Origin: an uncultured bacterium | GTDB lineage: Bacteria > Fidelibacterota > UBA2242 > JAFGTP01 | Assembly (NCBI GenBank): GCA_964640055.1 | Contig: CAZXFH010000011.1 | Location: 1,886 to 65,885, forward strand | DNA: 64,000 nucleotides | Direction of reading: 5' to 3' | Shown here: positions 1 to 9,535 of the stretch, one piece after another | How positions within the stretch are numbered: position 1 is the first letter of the stretch | How the letters are laid out: each line of letters opens with the position of its first letter | Program-made: the position numbers and the translations under genes | The notes under the pieces: model-generated | What the model was told of the DNA's origin: nothing | The model's database searches: none | Seen by the model: the letters and a program-made list of their open reading frames with translations, nothing else

Positions 1-47
1 GTAATATTTTTAAGGTTATCTGTATCGGTGAAATATTGTGCCTTCAT
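1..47 (-). CDS. 5' fragment of a small ORF running off the window edge, DUF2283-like N-terminus
   Basis: Reverse strand reads MKAQYFTDTDNLKNI..., resembling the MK.KYF.DTD start of DUF2283 proteins; only 15 codons visible. Confidence 0.3.
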   Translation of the reverse strand, partial: MKAQYFTDTDNLKNI

Positions 48-348
48 CTGCTCACGGCTTCGCCTCCCTTAGTCCCATTAACCGGTTAAAGGAGGCAATT
101 TAAATTGTTAATAATTAATTACTTGGAACGACACGTTGTTTTTGCAGTTACCGTTAGTGTCATCCCGCTCATCAGGCTGCTATCTATGCTTAAACAGAAG
201 TGATAAACACCATCGACTTCCATTAGCCGCACAGGAAAATAATCGGGAAAAAAGATACATTACAATTTTGACAATGTATTTAATAATCAGGCCGATAAAA
301 AATCTGGCCCTGACTTCAAATCCTCTTGGCGTCACCCACCGATGCATA

Positions 349-579
349 TTACGACCTTTTGATCAAGTCCTTCAACATATCGGGTTGATTGATATCTGAA
401 ACCAGCGAGGCCTGGTTTTCTGCTTTTATACGTTTATAAACTTCTTCGCGGTGAACGGGAATACGGCGCGGGGCACTGATGCCTATTTTAGTCTGGCCGC
501 CGGATGATTCCAGTACCGAAATGACAATGTCATTTCCGATGCGGATACTTTCATTACACTTCCGTGTTAATACCAGCAT
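349..579 (-). CDS. csrA: Carbon storage regulator CsrA
   Basis: MLVLTRK..ESIRIG..I and [11 protein letters not shown] motifs; strong SD; next to fliW. Confidence 0.97.
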   Translation of the reverse strand: MLVLTRKCNESIRIGNDIVISVLESSGGQTKIGISAPRRIPVHREEVYKRIKAENQASLVSDINQPDMLKDLIKRS

Positions 580-629
580 TCTCCCTCCCTGGAGATGTAA
601 TTGCTTTATTTTTAATGATTGATTTCATT

Positions 630-1094
630 TTATTGGCTCACATTGGCTACTTTTAATGGATATTCACCCTGTAGATTCTTATGGTCTAAAATAATCTGGT
701 TGCCTTGGCCACACTGCTTATTGACAATTAAAGGGGCTTTCGTATTGGCGACGAACTGTTTGGTCTGCGGTTTGACTCTTAAAATAACAAATATTTCAAC
801 ATCCTTCTGGTATTCCGCATTTATCTTGTGTAATTCCCCTTTGGGAATAGAGACATTTTGATAAGGTTTTAAGTACCTGGCGTTCAGCACGATCATGCCT
901 AACTCCGGCTCCTCCAGAGAACGAAATAGTTGGAAAGGGGGATAGTCCTTTAATTCTTCAAAAGTAAATTCACATAGATTTTCAAATCCCGGTATTCCAT
1001 AGTGAAAATTGATCGGTTTCCCGATTTTTTCCACCGGCCCGAAAAGAGTCGGGGTTTTCTGTTTGGCTTGTTGATATTGTACTTCTCTGGACAT
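630..1094 (-). CDS. fliW: Flagellar assembly factor FliW (CsrA antagonist)
   Basis: GIPGFE and ANTKAPLIVN..G.QIIL motifs; flgL-fliW-csrA order. Confidence 0.92.
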   Translation of the reverse strand: MSREVQYQQAKQKTPTLFGPVEKIGKPINFHYGIPGFENLCEFTFEELKDYPPFQLFRSLEEPELGMIVLNARYLKPYQNVSIPKGELHKINAEYQKDVEIFVILRVKPQTKQFVANTKAPLIVNKQCGQGNQIILDHKNLQGEYPLKVANVSQ

Positions 1095-1100
1095 AACTCT

Positions 1101-1985
1101 TTATCTGATGAAATTTAGTATATTAAAATGGATTGCATCCGAGGTGGTTTTTAAGGCGGCTTTATAGGCCATTTCCTGGGCATTGTAATTGGTTATTGCC
1201 TCGGTTATATCGGTGTCCTCTGTCTTTGATAAATAGGATTTCAGGTTGAGATTGGCTGTTTCCAATCGCTGTTGGGTCGCTTCCAGCTGTTTGCGTAAAG
1301 ATCCCATGGCAGAGTTTACCGACAGCAATTGGTCAGAAGAATCTTTAATAGCATCAATTGACTGGCTAACTCCTAGGGTATCGTCGTTTTCCAGGGCTGT
1401 TTTCAGATCACTTAGCGAGGAAAATATTTGGGTGTTCATCAGCTGAGATCCTTGCACATTAATAGCAACATTAAAACGATCTGCCACACGCCGATAGATT
1501 GTATTGGCATTTCCCTGATAATCAACCGTCGACCCATCATAAGTAAAGGGCGCATCTCCTTTGGTGAGTGTGCCGCCAAATAGATATTTATCCATATAAG
1601 TACTGTTCCCCAAAGAAACAATTTCTTCAATAATATCGTCCACTTGTTCTGCCAGTGCGTGGCGTGAGCCGCTGCTGTTATTGGACAGATCCGCTGCTTG
1701 AGTAGCTACCTCTTTGGCATCCATGATCCGGGCATGGATTTGGTCTAGGACCTCAGTTGAAGTGCTGATCCAACCTTTCGTATAGGCCAAGGTATTGAGA
1801 TACTGTTCGTTTTTATTGATCATGTTCCGGAAGCGGTTGCCTTTGGAAAATCGGACAGGATCATCCGAAGCCTCCCGGACCTTTTTACCGGTTGAAATTG
1901 CATTTTGTTCCGTATACATATTTTCCCGAGTCTGCTGTATATTTTTCAACAGATTACGGGCGATCATTGATTCTGTAACACGCAT
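1101..1985 (-). CDS. flgL: Hook-associated protein 3 FlgL
   Basis: MRVT start, STGKKV..ASDDPV, YLFGG, flagellin-like C-terminus; follows flgK. Confidence 0.95.
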   Translation of the reverse strand: MRVTESMIARNLLKNIQQTRENMYTEQNAISTGKKVREASDDPVRFSKGNRFRNMINKNEQYLNTLAYTKGWISTSTEVLDQIHARIMDAKEVATQAADLSNNSSGSRHALAEQVDDIIEEIVSLGNSTYMDKYLFGGTLTKGDAPFTYDGSTVDYQGNANTIYRRVADRFNVAINVQGSQLMNTQIFSSLSDLKTALENDDTLGVSQSIDAIKDSSDQLLSVNSAMGSLRKQLEATQQRLETANLNLKSYLSKTEDTDITEAITNYNAQEMAYKAALKTTSDAIHFNILNFIR

Positions 1986-2041
1986 AGCATCCCCTTTAGC
2001 ACATATTTCTATTTTTTGGGCTTAATCTCATACATATTAGA

Positions 2042-3400
2042 CTAGATTAAATTCAATACAGTCAGCATCATATCATTTACGGTATTCACAACCTTGGCGG
2101 CGGCTTGGTATCCCTGCTCGTACTGGGTTAAATTAACCATTTCTTCATCCAGCGAAACCCCAGAAATCGAATCCTTTTGGTTTTGTAAATTTTGCACGAC
2201 CTTCCCTTGACTGGTGCTTAAATATTCGGATTCCTGTATTTTACTACCGATTTCAGTCACCAGAGAATTATAAAAATCCGCTGGGGTTGTTCCTTGCAAA
2301 CTATCGCGGGACTGAAGATCGTATATGGCCTGCGCAATGACACCATTGCCAGGTTCATTATCTCGATTAGTAGTAGCGATCAAGGCCGGATTGGACCGGA
2401 CTTCACTATTAATTCTAAAATTTCCTGCAGTGGTAACATCCTCCGCAAAAAAATTAATACCGGTGGTTCCTTCGGTATTATATCCATTTTTATGGATGGC
2501 ATTAACTTGATTGGCAATATTTTTCGCCAGGGTGTTTAACTGCTCTAAATAATTGGGGATATGCTCATTATACATTTCAATCAGACTGCCGATCTCCCCC
2601 GAATTGATGGATACCTGCTGGTTTGCTTGGCCGCTGATTATATTAATCACCGACTGATCACCCTCACCGCTGCTGCTGACACTGAGCTCATTAATCGTAT
2701 TATGAGATACAAGGAGTTGACCACCCGCAAACAAGGATACCTGTCCCTTATCGCCTTCACGTACTTCAATATTGATAAGGTCTGATAGATCCCGGACAAG
2801 TAAATCTCTTTGATCCATTAAATCATCTGATGAGTTCGACATGATCTGTTTATTTAACTGTTTTAACTGGCTTAATTTCTGGTTTACGACTTCTACTTTG
2901 CGTCCTACATCTCCATGAATACTATTTCTTAATTGATTTAAATCATTATAAACCCGGTTAAAATTTTGTGCCAGCGATAAGCTCTTATCCCGGACAATCG
3001 TACGCCCATACTGACTTTCAGGATCATTGGCCAATTCACTCCAGGCATTCCAAAATTCCGTCAGGGTATTGGCCAATCCCGATTCATAGGGTTCCCCAAA
3101 AATATCTTCCACTTGCTTGAAGATCATTTCATCCATTTCATATTTTTTAAAATAATGGTTCTGCCGGCTTAATTGGTTCTCGATAAAACGATTATGAACC
3201 CGCTGCAGGGTTTCATGGGAAGTCTGACTATTAATTTGATTGAAACCGAGCAGCGATCCGTTGAGCGCTTCAAAATTAGTGCGCCGGCGACTGTAGCCCT
3301 TGGTATTAACATTAGAAATATTTTTAGAAGTAACATCGATGGCTGACCGGTGTGATAATAGGGCGCGTTTGGATATATCTAAAATACTGGAAATTGACAT
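2042..3400 (-). CDS. flgK: Hook-associated protein 1 FlgK
   Basis: NISNVNTKGYSR and SGVSLDEEMVNL..Y..GYQAAAKV motifs. Confidence 0.97.
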   Translation of the reverse strand: MSISSILDISKRALLSHRSAIDVTSKNISNVNTKGYSRRRTNFEALNGSLLGFNQINSQTSHETLQRVHNRFIENQLSRQNHYFKKYEMDEMIFKQVEDIFGEPYESGLANTLTEFWNAWSELANDPESQYGRTIVRDKSLSLAQNFNRVYNDLNQLRNSIHGDVGRKVEVVNQKLSQLKQLNKQIMSNSSDDLMDQRDLLVRDLSDLINIEVREGDKGQVSLFAGGQLLVSHNTINELSVSSSGEGDQSVINIISGQANQQVSINSGEIGSLIEMYNEHIPNYLEQLNTLAKNIANQVNAIHKNGYNTEGTTGINFFAEDVTTAGNFRINSEVRSNPALIATTNRDNEPGNGVIAQAIYDLQSRDSLQGTTPADFYNSLVTEIGSKIQESEYLSTSQGKVVQNLQNQKDSISGVSLDEEMVNLTQYEQGYQAAAKVVNTVNDMMLTVLNLI

Positions 3401-3407
3401 AAATCCC

Positions 3408-3926
3408 TCAAATTTGAAAATCTAACATTTTATTACCGGCCTGTTTCATATGCACCACACCATCCATACCATAAACATTATTATCCTCGTTATCCACATT
3501 AAGAAACAGATGGGCCAATCCTTTAACATGTTCAATTGAAAAATCCAGTAATAGTTTGTTCTCATTATTGATCCGGGTGATCTGGTTTAAAACATTTTTT
3601 AACCGGTAGCGTAAATTTGACAATTTTACTGTATCGGCTGTGTCAGCCATTTCAATAAATATTTTCAACTTAGGCTCCGGTTCTTTCAGGTTCAATTTTT
3701 GCCTAAGCCGCTTTTGCATCTCCTGACGTTTTTTTGCAATGGCTAAACTTTCATTAATTAAGGTTTTTTCTGTAGCGACGAACTCTTTTAATTCCTCAAT
3801 CTGACCGGCAATGATGGCGTCCTGCTTTTTTTGAATCACCCCGGCCATCTTTTCATACATAGCAACTTCTTGGTTCAGGATATTGATTAATCCTTCAAAG
3901 GGGTGCATTGTCTCAACGTCAGTCAT
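3408..3926 (-). CDS. flgN: Flagellar export chaperone FlgN
   Basis: Helical protein with N.EN..LL and Y...G motifs, directly upstream of flgK. Confidence 0.85.
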   Translation of the reverse strand: MTDVETMHPFEGLINILNQEVAMYEKMAGVIQKKQDAIIAGQIEELKEFVATEKTLINESLAIAKKRQEMQKRLRQKLNLKEPEPKLKIFIEMADTADTVKLSNLRYRLKNVLNQITRINNENKLLLDFSIEHVKGLAHLFLNVDNEDNNVYGMDGVVHMKQAGNKMLDFQI

Positions 3927-3930
3927 AAAT

Positions 3931-4341
3931 TTACTCTTCCTTTACGCTTTTTATGAAATCCAGGGTGTTTATTTCGGCTGCTGCTTGTTTGGATTGAATT
4001 TCCTGCAGCTGCATCATTTGCGTATGGTCCATTTTTTTCAGTGAGTTGAAAATCACTTCTGATAAGCCAACACCGCCACCCTCCGCCAGGGCTTTACCCA
4101 TGATCGAGCCAAACATCATGGAAGGCAGATTATTATCTGAACCACCCCAAGGATTCTTGGGGATGGTCTTGCGCATGGCTTTAACCATTTGGGTTAAGAA
4201 TATGGCCTCCATTTCCCGTGCTTGCTCCCGAATTTGGATATTCCGGGCCTTCTGCGTCTGGGGCAATCCTTGGTTTTGCTTATTTACAATACTATCACTC
4301 ATCAGCTGGGTTGCTATCTTTTTAATGTCCAATTCCATCAC
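3931..4341 (-). CDS. flgJ: Rod-binding protein FlgJ (N-terminal domain only, no muramidase)
   Basis: AREMEAIFLTQMVKAMRKT and GGVGLSE motifs; follows flgI. Confidence 0.88.
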   Translation of the reverse strand: MMELDIKKIATQLMSDSIVNKQNQGLPQTQKARNIQIREQAREMEAIFLTQMVKAMRKTIPKNPWGGSDNNLPSMMFGSIMGKALAEGGGVGLSEVIFNSLKKMDHTQMMQLQEIQSKQAAAEINTLDFIKSVKEE

Positions 4342-4347
4342 CCAAAC

Positions 4348-5517
4348 TCACATAATAATTAGCTCAGCATTCAAGGACCCGGCTTCCTTGATGGCTTGAA
4401 ATATGGCAATAATATCCCGCGGCCGCAGACCCAGTTCGTTCATAGCAGCGGCTAGGTCCCTGACCGTTGCATTTTGCTTTATTGCCGCCGTAGTGGCAAC
4501 ATCTTCCTGAACTGTGGTTTCGGTAACATACTCAACCACGGTCCGGCCGGTATTGCTAAAAGGAGCGGCAGGTTGCGAAATGATCGGTCTCCGCTTGATC
4601 TGAATGGTCAAGGCGCCATGGGAGATCATTATTTCACTGATCTTCACATTGCCACCGGCTACCACTGTGCCGGTCCGCTCATTGATCACCACGCGTGCGT
4701 CAATATCCGGTTCCACAGTCAAGGTTTCCACACTGGCAATAAAAAATACCACATCCTCTTTGGTCGTCACATCACCCGGTAAATCGATCTCGATTACTCC
4801 CCCGTTTATAGGCCGTGCCAGTTGATTATTCCGATTGCCACTCCCCCGGTCTATCAGCGCTTTGTTGATTTTGGCCGCAATGCGGCCGGCTGTCACAAAA
4901 TCGGACTGATTTAAGAGCAGACGCACCGGCTTGTCCAGTTGAATCTGATTCTGAATCGGCAGTGCCTCTATCAAAGTCGCGCCGTTGGGAACCCGTCCGG
5001 TCAAGGCATGGTTTTTACGCACTTTTTCCCCGGCTGTGGTTTCTATATTATAGCCACCAATCGAAATAGGCCCCTGAGCCTGGGCATAACAGGTTCTATC
5101 CGGAGTTAACAGTGGTGTCATCAGTAACACGCCACCTTCCAGACTGGTCGCATCCCCCAGTGAGGAAACATTGACATCAAAACTGGAGCCGATTCGTCCG
5201 AAAGCGGGTGTTTTGGCGGTAACCATGACTGCGGCCACATTGCGGGTCCGTAAATTTTCCCGGGGCACTGTGATTCCAAAACGCTCCAGCATATTACTAA
5301 TACTCTGTACTGTAAAAACAGCCCCATAATTGCGGCTGGCCCGATCTCCGGTACCATTCAGCCCGGTAACAAGGCCATATCCAACCAGAGAGATCTGTTG
5401 CGTGTTTTCCACCCGGGATATATCTTTCAGGCGTACTTCTGCTTCAGATAGTGACCCTAAAACAACGAACATAAGAAAAACTAAAATAACCGGTTTTTTT
5501 AGATATGCTCTCATCAT
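4348..5517 (-). CDS. flgI: P-ring protein FlgI
   Basis: RLKDI, LVGYGLVTGLNGTGD, NVAAVMVTA, VVINERTGTVV motifs; signal peptide. Confidence 0.98.
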   Translation of the reverse strand: MMRAYLKKPVILVFLMFVVLGSLSEAEVRLKDISRVENTQQISLVGYGLVTGLNGTGDRASRNYGAVFTVQSISNMLERFGITVPRENLRTRNVAAVMVTAKTPAFGRIGSSFDVNVSSLGDATSLEGGVLLMTPLLTPDRTCYAQAQGPISIGGYNIETTAGEKVRKNHALTGRVPNGATLIEALPIQNQIQLDKPVRLLLNQSDFVTAGRIAAKINKALIDRGSGNRNNQLARPINGGVIEIDLPGDVTTKEDVVFFIASVETLTVEPDIDARVVINERTGTVVAGGNVKISEIMISHGALTIQIKRRPIISQPAAPFSNTGRTVVEYVTETTVQEDVATTAAIKQNATVRDLAAAMNELGLRPRDIIAIFQAIKEAGSLNAELIIM

Positions 5518-6134
5518 CCGATCACTCCGAACAAACTGGCGGCTATCAATCCAATCCCTAGCACCCAGGTGAACAAACGGTTAAAAGAACCCGGCTTTAA
5601 AAACTTATTGGTAACACCACTTTTACGGTAAATGATCTGCGCATTAGCCACATTATAGGAATATACGGTGTTATCGGTATGTATATCACGTGAACGTACC
5701 AACCCTTTCAACTGCATCACATTTTTTTCACCATTGACTTCCAAAGTTCGTTCTCCTTGAATTCGGAACATTCCATGGCCGGTCTCTTCAACAATGGTGG
5801 CGGATATCTTACCGGTTAAACGCTCACTCTGTTTTGTTCCCTCCTGTCCGTCATAGGAATTGCTTAAACCACTGGATGCCCCGAACAGAGGCAAAAAATC
5901 GGTTATATTGCCTTTCATGGAACCTTCTGCCGACAGATCTGAACGCGAAGAACTCTTTACCTTTGATTCTCGGGATGCATTGGCCTGCTCTACGACCAAT
6001 ACCGTAATCACATCTCCTACCTGATGCGCCTTTAAATCGGAAAAAAACGATTGGGCGCTCTTCCCGGTGGTCTGTGCCCCTAAAAAACAAATACTCAACA
6101 CACAAATTAAGACAATAGAAATTGTATTCTTCAT
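5514..6134 (-). CDS. flgH: L-ring protein FlgH (atypical termini)
   Basis: FSDLKA.QVGDVITVLV.E and GLVR.RDI..DNTV.S..VANAQI motifs; start placed at ATG 6134. Confidence 0.93.
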   Translation of the reverse strand: MKNTISIVLICVLSICFLGAQTTGKSAQSFFSDLKAHQVGDVITVLVVEQANASRESKVKSSSRSDLSAEGSMKGNITDFLPLFGASSGLSNSYDGQEGTKQSERLTGKISATIVEETGHGMFRIQGERTLEVNGEKNVMQLKGLVRSRDIHTDNTVYSYNVANAQIIYRKSGVTNKFLKPGSFNRLFTWVLGIGLIAASLFGVIG

Positions 6135-6144
6135 AGTCTTCTCT

Positions 6145-6849
6145 TTATAATTCAACCTGCACCAATTCTGGTGATTTTAGTTGCCCTTGCATCTGCCGGC
6201 GGCTGGTTTCTATCATCACCGGAACCGGATCACCGATCACGCCATCCTGTCGCACCCAGCCTCTGGTTTTAATTATAATATTTCCGCTAATAAGATGAAC
6301 CGCAACCTTTTCTCCCCGCTGAATATCCGGTTTATGTTTAAGCATGGCTTTTGTAATGGGCTCACCTTTCCGAATCAATTGTTTGCAAATCCATTCGGCT
6401 TCAAAATCAGTTTCCCGAAAATATTGAGACAGGTTGGCGGAAACTTTTACCGGCTGCAAGGCAACTTTTTGAGCACTTAAAGTTTCGCCGTAACTCAGCT
6501 TTTCCTGGGCCACTAAAACCGGTAAAGTAAGACTCGTGCTCAGGGTAATACGATGGGTATTTTGCAGCTGCTGACCTTGCCAAACCTCCAACCACAGAGT
6601 CTGATGTCCCAGTCGAACCGGGAATTGATTTGTTTTTAAAGTAATTCGCTGCGCCTGTAATGCTTTCTCATTAAACGAGGGGGCATGATAGATTTTTAAC
6701 TCGATTTTATCAGGAGAAACTTGCAGTTCCTTCGCAAAGTAATCTACGATTTGCTGCTCTATTTTTTGAGATAATTGCGCGGAGCCGGTTATCGAACCGC
6801 TTAAAAAGAATAAGATTAAAAATAAACAACTAATTATCTTAAACTGCAT
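6145..6849 (-). CDS. flgA: P-ring assembly chaperone FlgA
   Basis: Signal peptide, SAF-like domain, RGEKV...G..QDG.IGD motif; between flgG and flgH. Confidence 0.9.
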   Translation of the reverse strand: MQFKIISCLFLILFFLSGSITGSAQLSQKIEQQIVDYFAKELQVSPDKIELKIYHAPSFNEKALQAQRITLKTNQFPVRLGHQTLWLEVWQGQQLQNTHRITLSTSLTLPVLVAQEKLSYGETLSAQKVALQPVKVSANLSQYFRETDFEAEWICKQLIRKGEPITKAMLKHKPDIQRGEKVAVHLISGNIIIKTRGWVRQDGVIGDPVPVMIETSRRQMQGQLKSPELVQVEL

Positions 6850-6858
6850 ACTCGTGAT

Positions 6859-7647
6859 TTATCGTTTGAGGTGATTGGTCATGGCTAAAATTTCATCGGC
6901 TGTCTTAACGGCTTTGGAGTTGATTTCATAGGTCCGCTGGGCGACGATCAGATTTACCATTTCCTTGACAACATCCACATTGGACTTTTCTAAATATCCC
7001 TGGAGTGTGGAACCAAAGCCACGGTCGCCGGGTAGGCCATAGGTCGGTTCGCCCGAGGCCTCTGTTTTTTCATATAAATTACCTCCGATAGCACGTAATC
7101 CGGCTGGATTCATAAAAGTAGCGATCTCGATCTGTCCAATCTCTTCCGTTTCGTTCTGACCTTCGATTTTTACCGAAATAACACCATCCTCGCTTATCTT
7201 TACGGAAGAGGCCCCCTCTGGCAGGGCTATTTCGGGATATAAGGTTAACCCGGAAGCAGTGACTACATTACCATTGCCATCCAAGCGAAAGGCACCGTCT
7301 CTGGTATAGGTAAAAGTACCATCGGCGCGCATTACTTGGAAGAACCCGCGCCCATTGATGGCCATATCCAGCGGATTGCCGGTTTCCTTGATCTCCCCTT
7401 GTGAAAAGGAGCGAAAGCTGGAAACCGGTTTATTACCCAATCCAATCTGAATTTCGCCAGGTTTCTCCTTATTATTACGGCGATCAACATCTCCGGATTG
7501 CAGGGTTTCATATAGTAAATCCTGAAAAGCCACGCTATTTTTCTTATAGCCCGTGGTATTGACATTGGCCAGATTATTGGCGATGGTATCTACCTTTAGT
7601 TGTTGAGCAGACATGCCCAGGGCTGCGGTCCGTAAAGAACGTATCAT
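6859..7647 (-). CDS. flgG: Distal rod protein FlgG
   Basis: MIRSL.TAA.GM, ANNLANVNTTGYK, FQDLLY, LEKSNV motifs. Confidence 0.98.
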   Translation of the reverse strand: MIRSLRTAALGMSAQQLKVDTIANNLANVNTTGYKKNSVAFQDLLYETLQSGDVDRRNNKEKPGEIQIGLGNKPVSSFRSFSQGEIKETGNPLDMAINGRGFFQVMRADGTFTYTRDGAFRLDGNGNVVTASGLTLYPEIALPEGASSVKISEDGVISVKIEGQNETEEIGQIEIATFMNPAGLRAIGGNLYEKTEASGEPTYGLPGDRGFGSTLQGYLEKSNVDVVKEMVNLIVAQRTYEINSKAVKTADEILAMTNHLKR

Positions 7648-7664
7648 TTTATCATTCCTCCTTA

Positions 7665-8384
7665 TTATCCTCTGATGCGACTGATGCGATTGGCCGCTTT
7701 GCTTAACACCTCGTCGATCAGCTGCAATGTTTTCTGCGAGCTTTCAAAATTACGGTGTAATTCCAACAGTTGAACCATCTCATCGACCGGATTTACATTT
7801 GACTCTTCCAGTCTCCCCTGAATAATATGGGGTTCTTCAACTGTTGTGGGCCAGGTCCGCTGGTCTTTGGGAATAAAACAAGCATTACCCATTTGACGTA
7901 ACTCTACCGTGGGCTCAAAAGTTGATATCTGAAATTTGCCCATCAACTCTCCGTCAGCATAAATTTCACCCTCAGAATTGACATTTAGTTCGCCCGGCTG
8001 AATCCCATCGGGTGCGATATTGATCCACCCGCCTTGACCTAAAACAGCTTTGCCATCCATTGTCCGCAGAAATCCATCCCGGTCAACATTGAAATGCCCA
8101 TTACGGGTATAAACTTCTTTGCCCTCTGATTCCACCGTAAAAAATCCGGGGCCGGACAGTGCAAAATCGAGCGGGTTGTCAGTTTGTTCTAACTCTCCCT
8201 GTGAAAAATCCTGTACACTTTTAATCTGATTATTGCCTTTGTTTTCCGCCTTCATATATTCTGCAAATGCAACATTTTTCTTAAACCCGACGGTATTGGT
8301 ATTGGCTAAATTATTGGCCACTATATCATTCTTATTAACTTGGGTCAGCAAAGCATTTTTAAGTTCACTTAGTTTAAAATCCAT
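7665..8384 (-). CDS. flgF: Proximal rod protein FlgF
   Basis: ANNLAN.NTVGFK, YTRNG.F, LEESNVNPVDEM; upstream of flgG. Confidence 0.93.
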   Translation of the reverse strand: MDFKLSELKNALLTQVNKNDIVANNLANTNTVGFKKNVAFAEYMKAENKGNNQIKSVQDFSQGELEQTDNPLDFALSGPGFFTVESEGKEVYTRNGHFNVDRDGFLRTMDGKAVLGQGGWINIAPDGIQPGELNVNSEGEIYADGELMGKFQISTFEPTVELRQMGNACFIPKDQRTWPTTVEEPHIIQGRLEESNVNPVDEMVQLLELHRNFESSQKTLQLIDEVLSKAANRISRIRG

Positions 8385-8419
8385 TTCAGCTCATCTCCTT
8401 TTAATGCTACTACTATTTG

Positions 8420-8435
8420 AGCAACAACTTTGCCA
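8420..8435 (-). promoter_or_regulatory. sigma54 -24/-12 promoter of the flgF operon (canonical)
   Basis: Minus strand TGGCAAAGTTGTTGCT = GG-N10-GC, about 35 bp before the flgF start. Confidence 0.85.
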
Positions 8436-8534
8436 TCTACCCATTAAGTTCCCAAGAAAATTTGACGCCCTACTAAGATATCATCCAATTTATTAATTTT
8501 TAACATCTTATGTTATTTTTTTGAGGTTTGGATA

Positions 8535-8576
8535 ATCAGCCAGAAATCGTGGCTTTGCCATTAATCTCTGGCTGAT
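8535..8576 (-). repeat. Inverted repeat / RNA hairpin, possible 3' end of the upstream operon
   Basis: ATCAGCCAGA...TCTGGCTGAT perfect 10-bp arms; extends to 13 bp with one G-U pair on the minus-strand RNA; no U-tract. Confidence 0.55.
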
Positions 8577-8579
8577 CAC

Positions 8580-8610
8580 GGAATTATTTACCCGGTCGGA
8601 ATTATTTTCT
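8580..8610. promoter_or_regulatory. Tandem putative enhancer (UAS) sites for the flgF promoter
   Basis: GGAATTATTTACC (8580-8592) and GGAATTATTTTCT (8598-8610), 18 bp apart; match the palindrome seen at the other promoters. Confidence 0.65.
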
Positions 8611-8711
8611 TTATCAGACCACGATGGTTGCGCTATGCCGGTAAACAGACCTTCGGGCCCTGATAGATCCTGATCAAATGCAAATAAAACTATTTATGAT
8701 AAAATATGATC

Positions 8712-9530
8712 TTAATTTATATCGATCATTTTACTTGAATCTAAATAGACAGTGGATTTTGCCGAGCTGACCTTGGCTAACTTTTGCGTCACCTTTTGAA
8801 TCCGTTTCGCTTCTTTGAGTATCCCGTGTAATCCTTTTTTCACCTTATCCGCATCACCAGCTTCAAAAGCAATTTCAAGGATTTCAGCAATACCAATTAT
8901 TGAAGTCAGCGGATTGTTAATTTCATGATTGACAGTTACAGCTACCTGTCCAATAGTTGCCAGACGTTCTTTTTCGATCAATTTTGCCTGGGTTTCTTTT
9001 AATTTCTGTATAGTCTGCTCCAGCTGACTGTTTTTGGCTGCCAAGGCTTTCTGCAGCTGCATTTTTTCTACAATCATGGAAAGCTGCGAAGCAACAACTT
9101 CAAAATTTCCGATATCTTCCCGCTTATAATAATTGGCCTGATGGTGGCCAATGTTAAATACACCGATTAAATTTTGTGCGGTCCAAAGCGGCATGGCAAC
9201 AAAGGAACTGAACCGCTGATCCATACCGGGGCGCGCCTTTTCCAGGGATTGCAAGATAATCGGTTTTTTTTGTTTACTGATCCAACTGGATATTCCGTTT
9301 CCTCGTTCAAAGCCAATATCACTGGCTAAATCAACGATCTCCTGGCCTTGACGATAGATCACTTCCAATTTATCTCGCTCGGTATTATACAGGAATAAAG
9401 TAGCTGAGTCAAACGCTACGGTGCGTTTCACCAGGTTAAATATAGCTTCAAAGGTCTCTTTTGAATCCAGACCCTTTTGCAAAATAGTCACGATCTCATT
9501 TAAAAAATGGGTGTTAAATATCTGTTTCAT
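8712..9530 (-). CDS. GAF + HisKA (DHp) protein lacking an HATPase domain
   Basis: GAF region, then EKERLATIGQ..VNHEINNPL H-box; ends about 70 aa later with no N/G boxes. Confidence 0.85.
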   Translation of the reverse strand: MKQIFNTHFLNEIVTILQKGLDSKETFEAIFNLVKRTVAFDSATLFLYNTERDKLEVIYRQGQEIVDLASDIGFERGNGISSWISKQKKPIILQSLEKARPGMDQRFSSFVAMPLWTAQNLIGVFNIGHHQANYYKREDIGNFEVVASQLSMIVEKMQLQKALAAKNSQLEQTIQKLKETQAKLIEKERLATIGQVAVTVNHEINNPLTSIIGIAEILEIAFEAGDADKVKKGLHGILKEAKRIQKVTQKLAKVSSAKSTVYLDSSKMIDIN

Positions 9531-9535
9531 AATCC

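Noticed and set aside
120-180. Hammerhead ribozyme (CUGAUGAG plus stem) or fluoride riboswitch on the minus strand
   Set aside because: No GAAA after the stem and no stem I/III partners; the first stem of the fluoride riboswitch does not form.
268-298. sigma28 promoter (GCCGATAA at 291-298, plus strand)
   Set aside because: No TAAA -35 box at the right spacing, and it points antisense into csrA.
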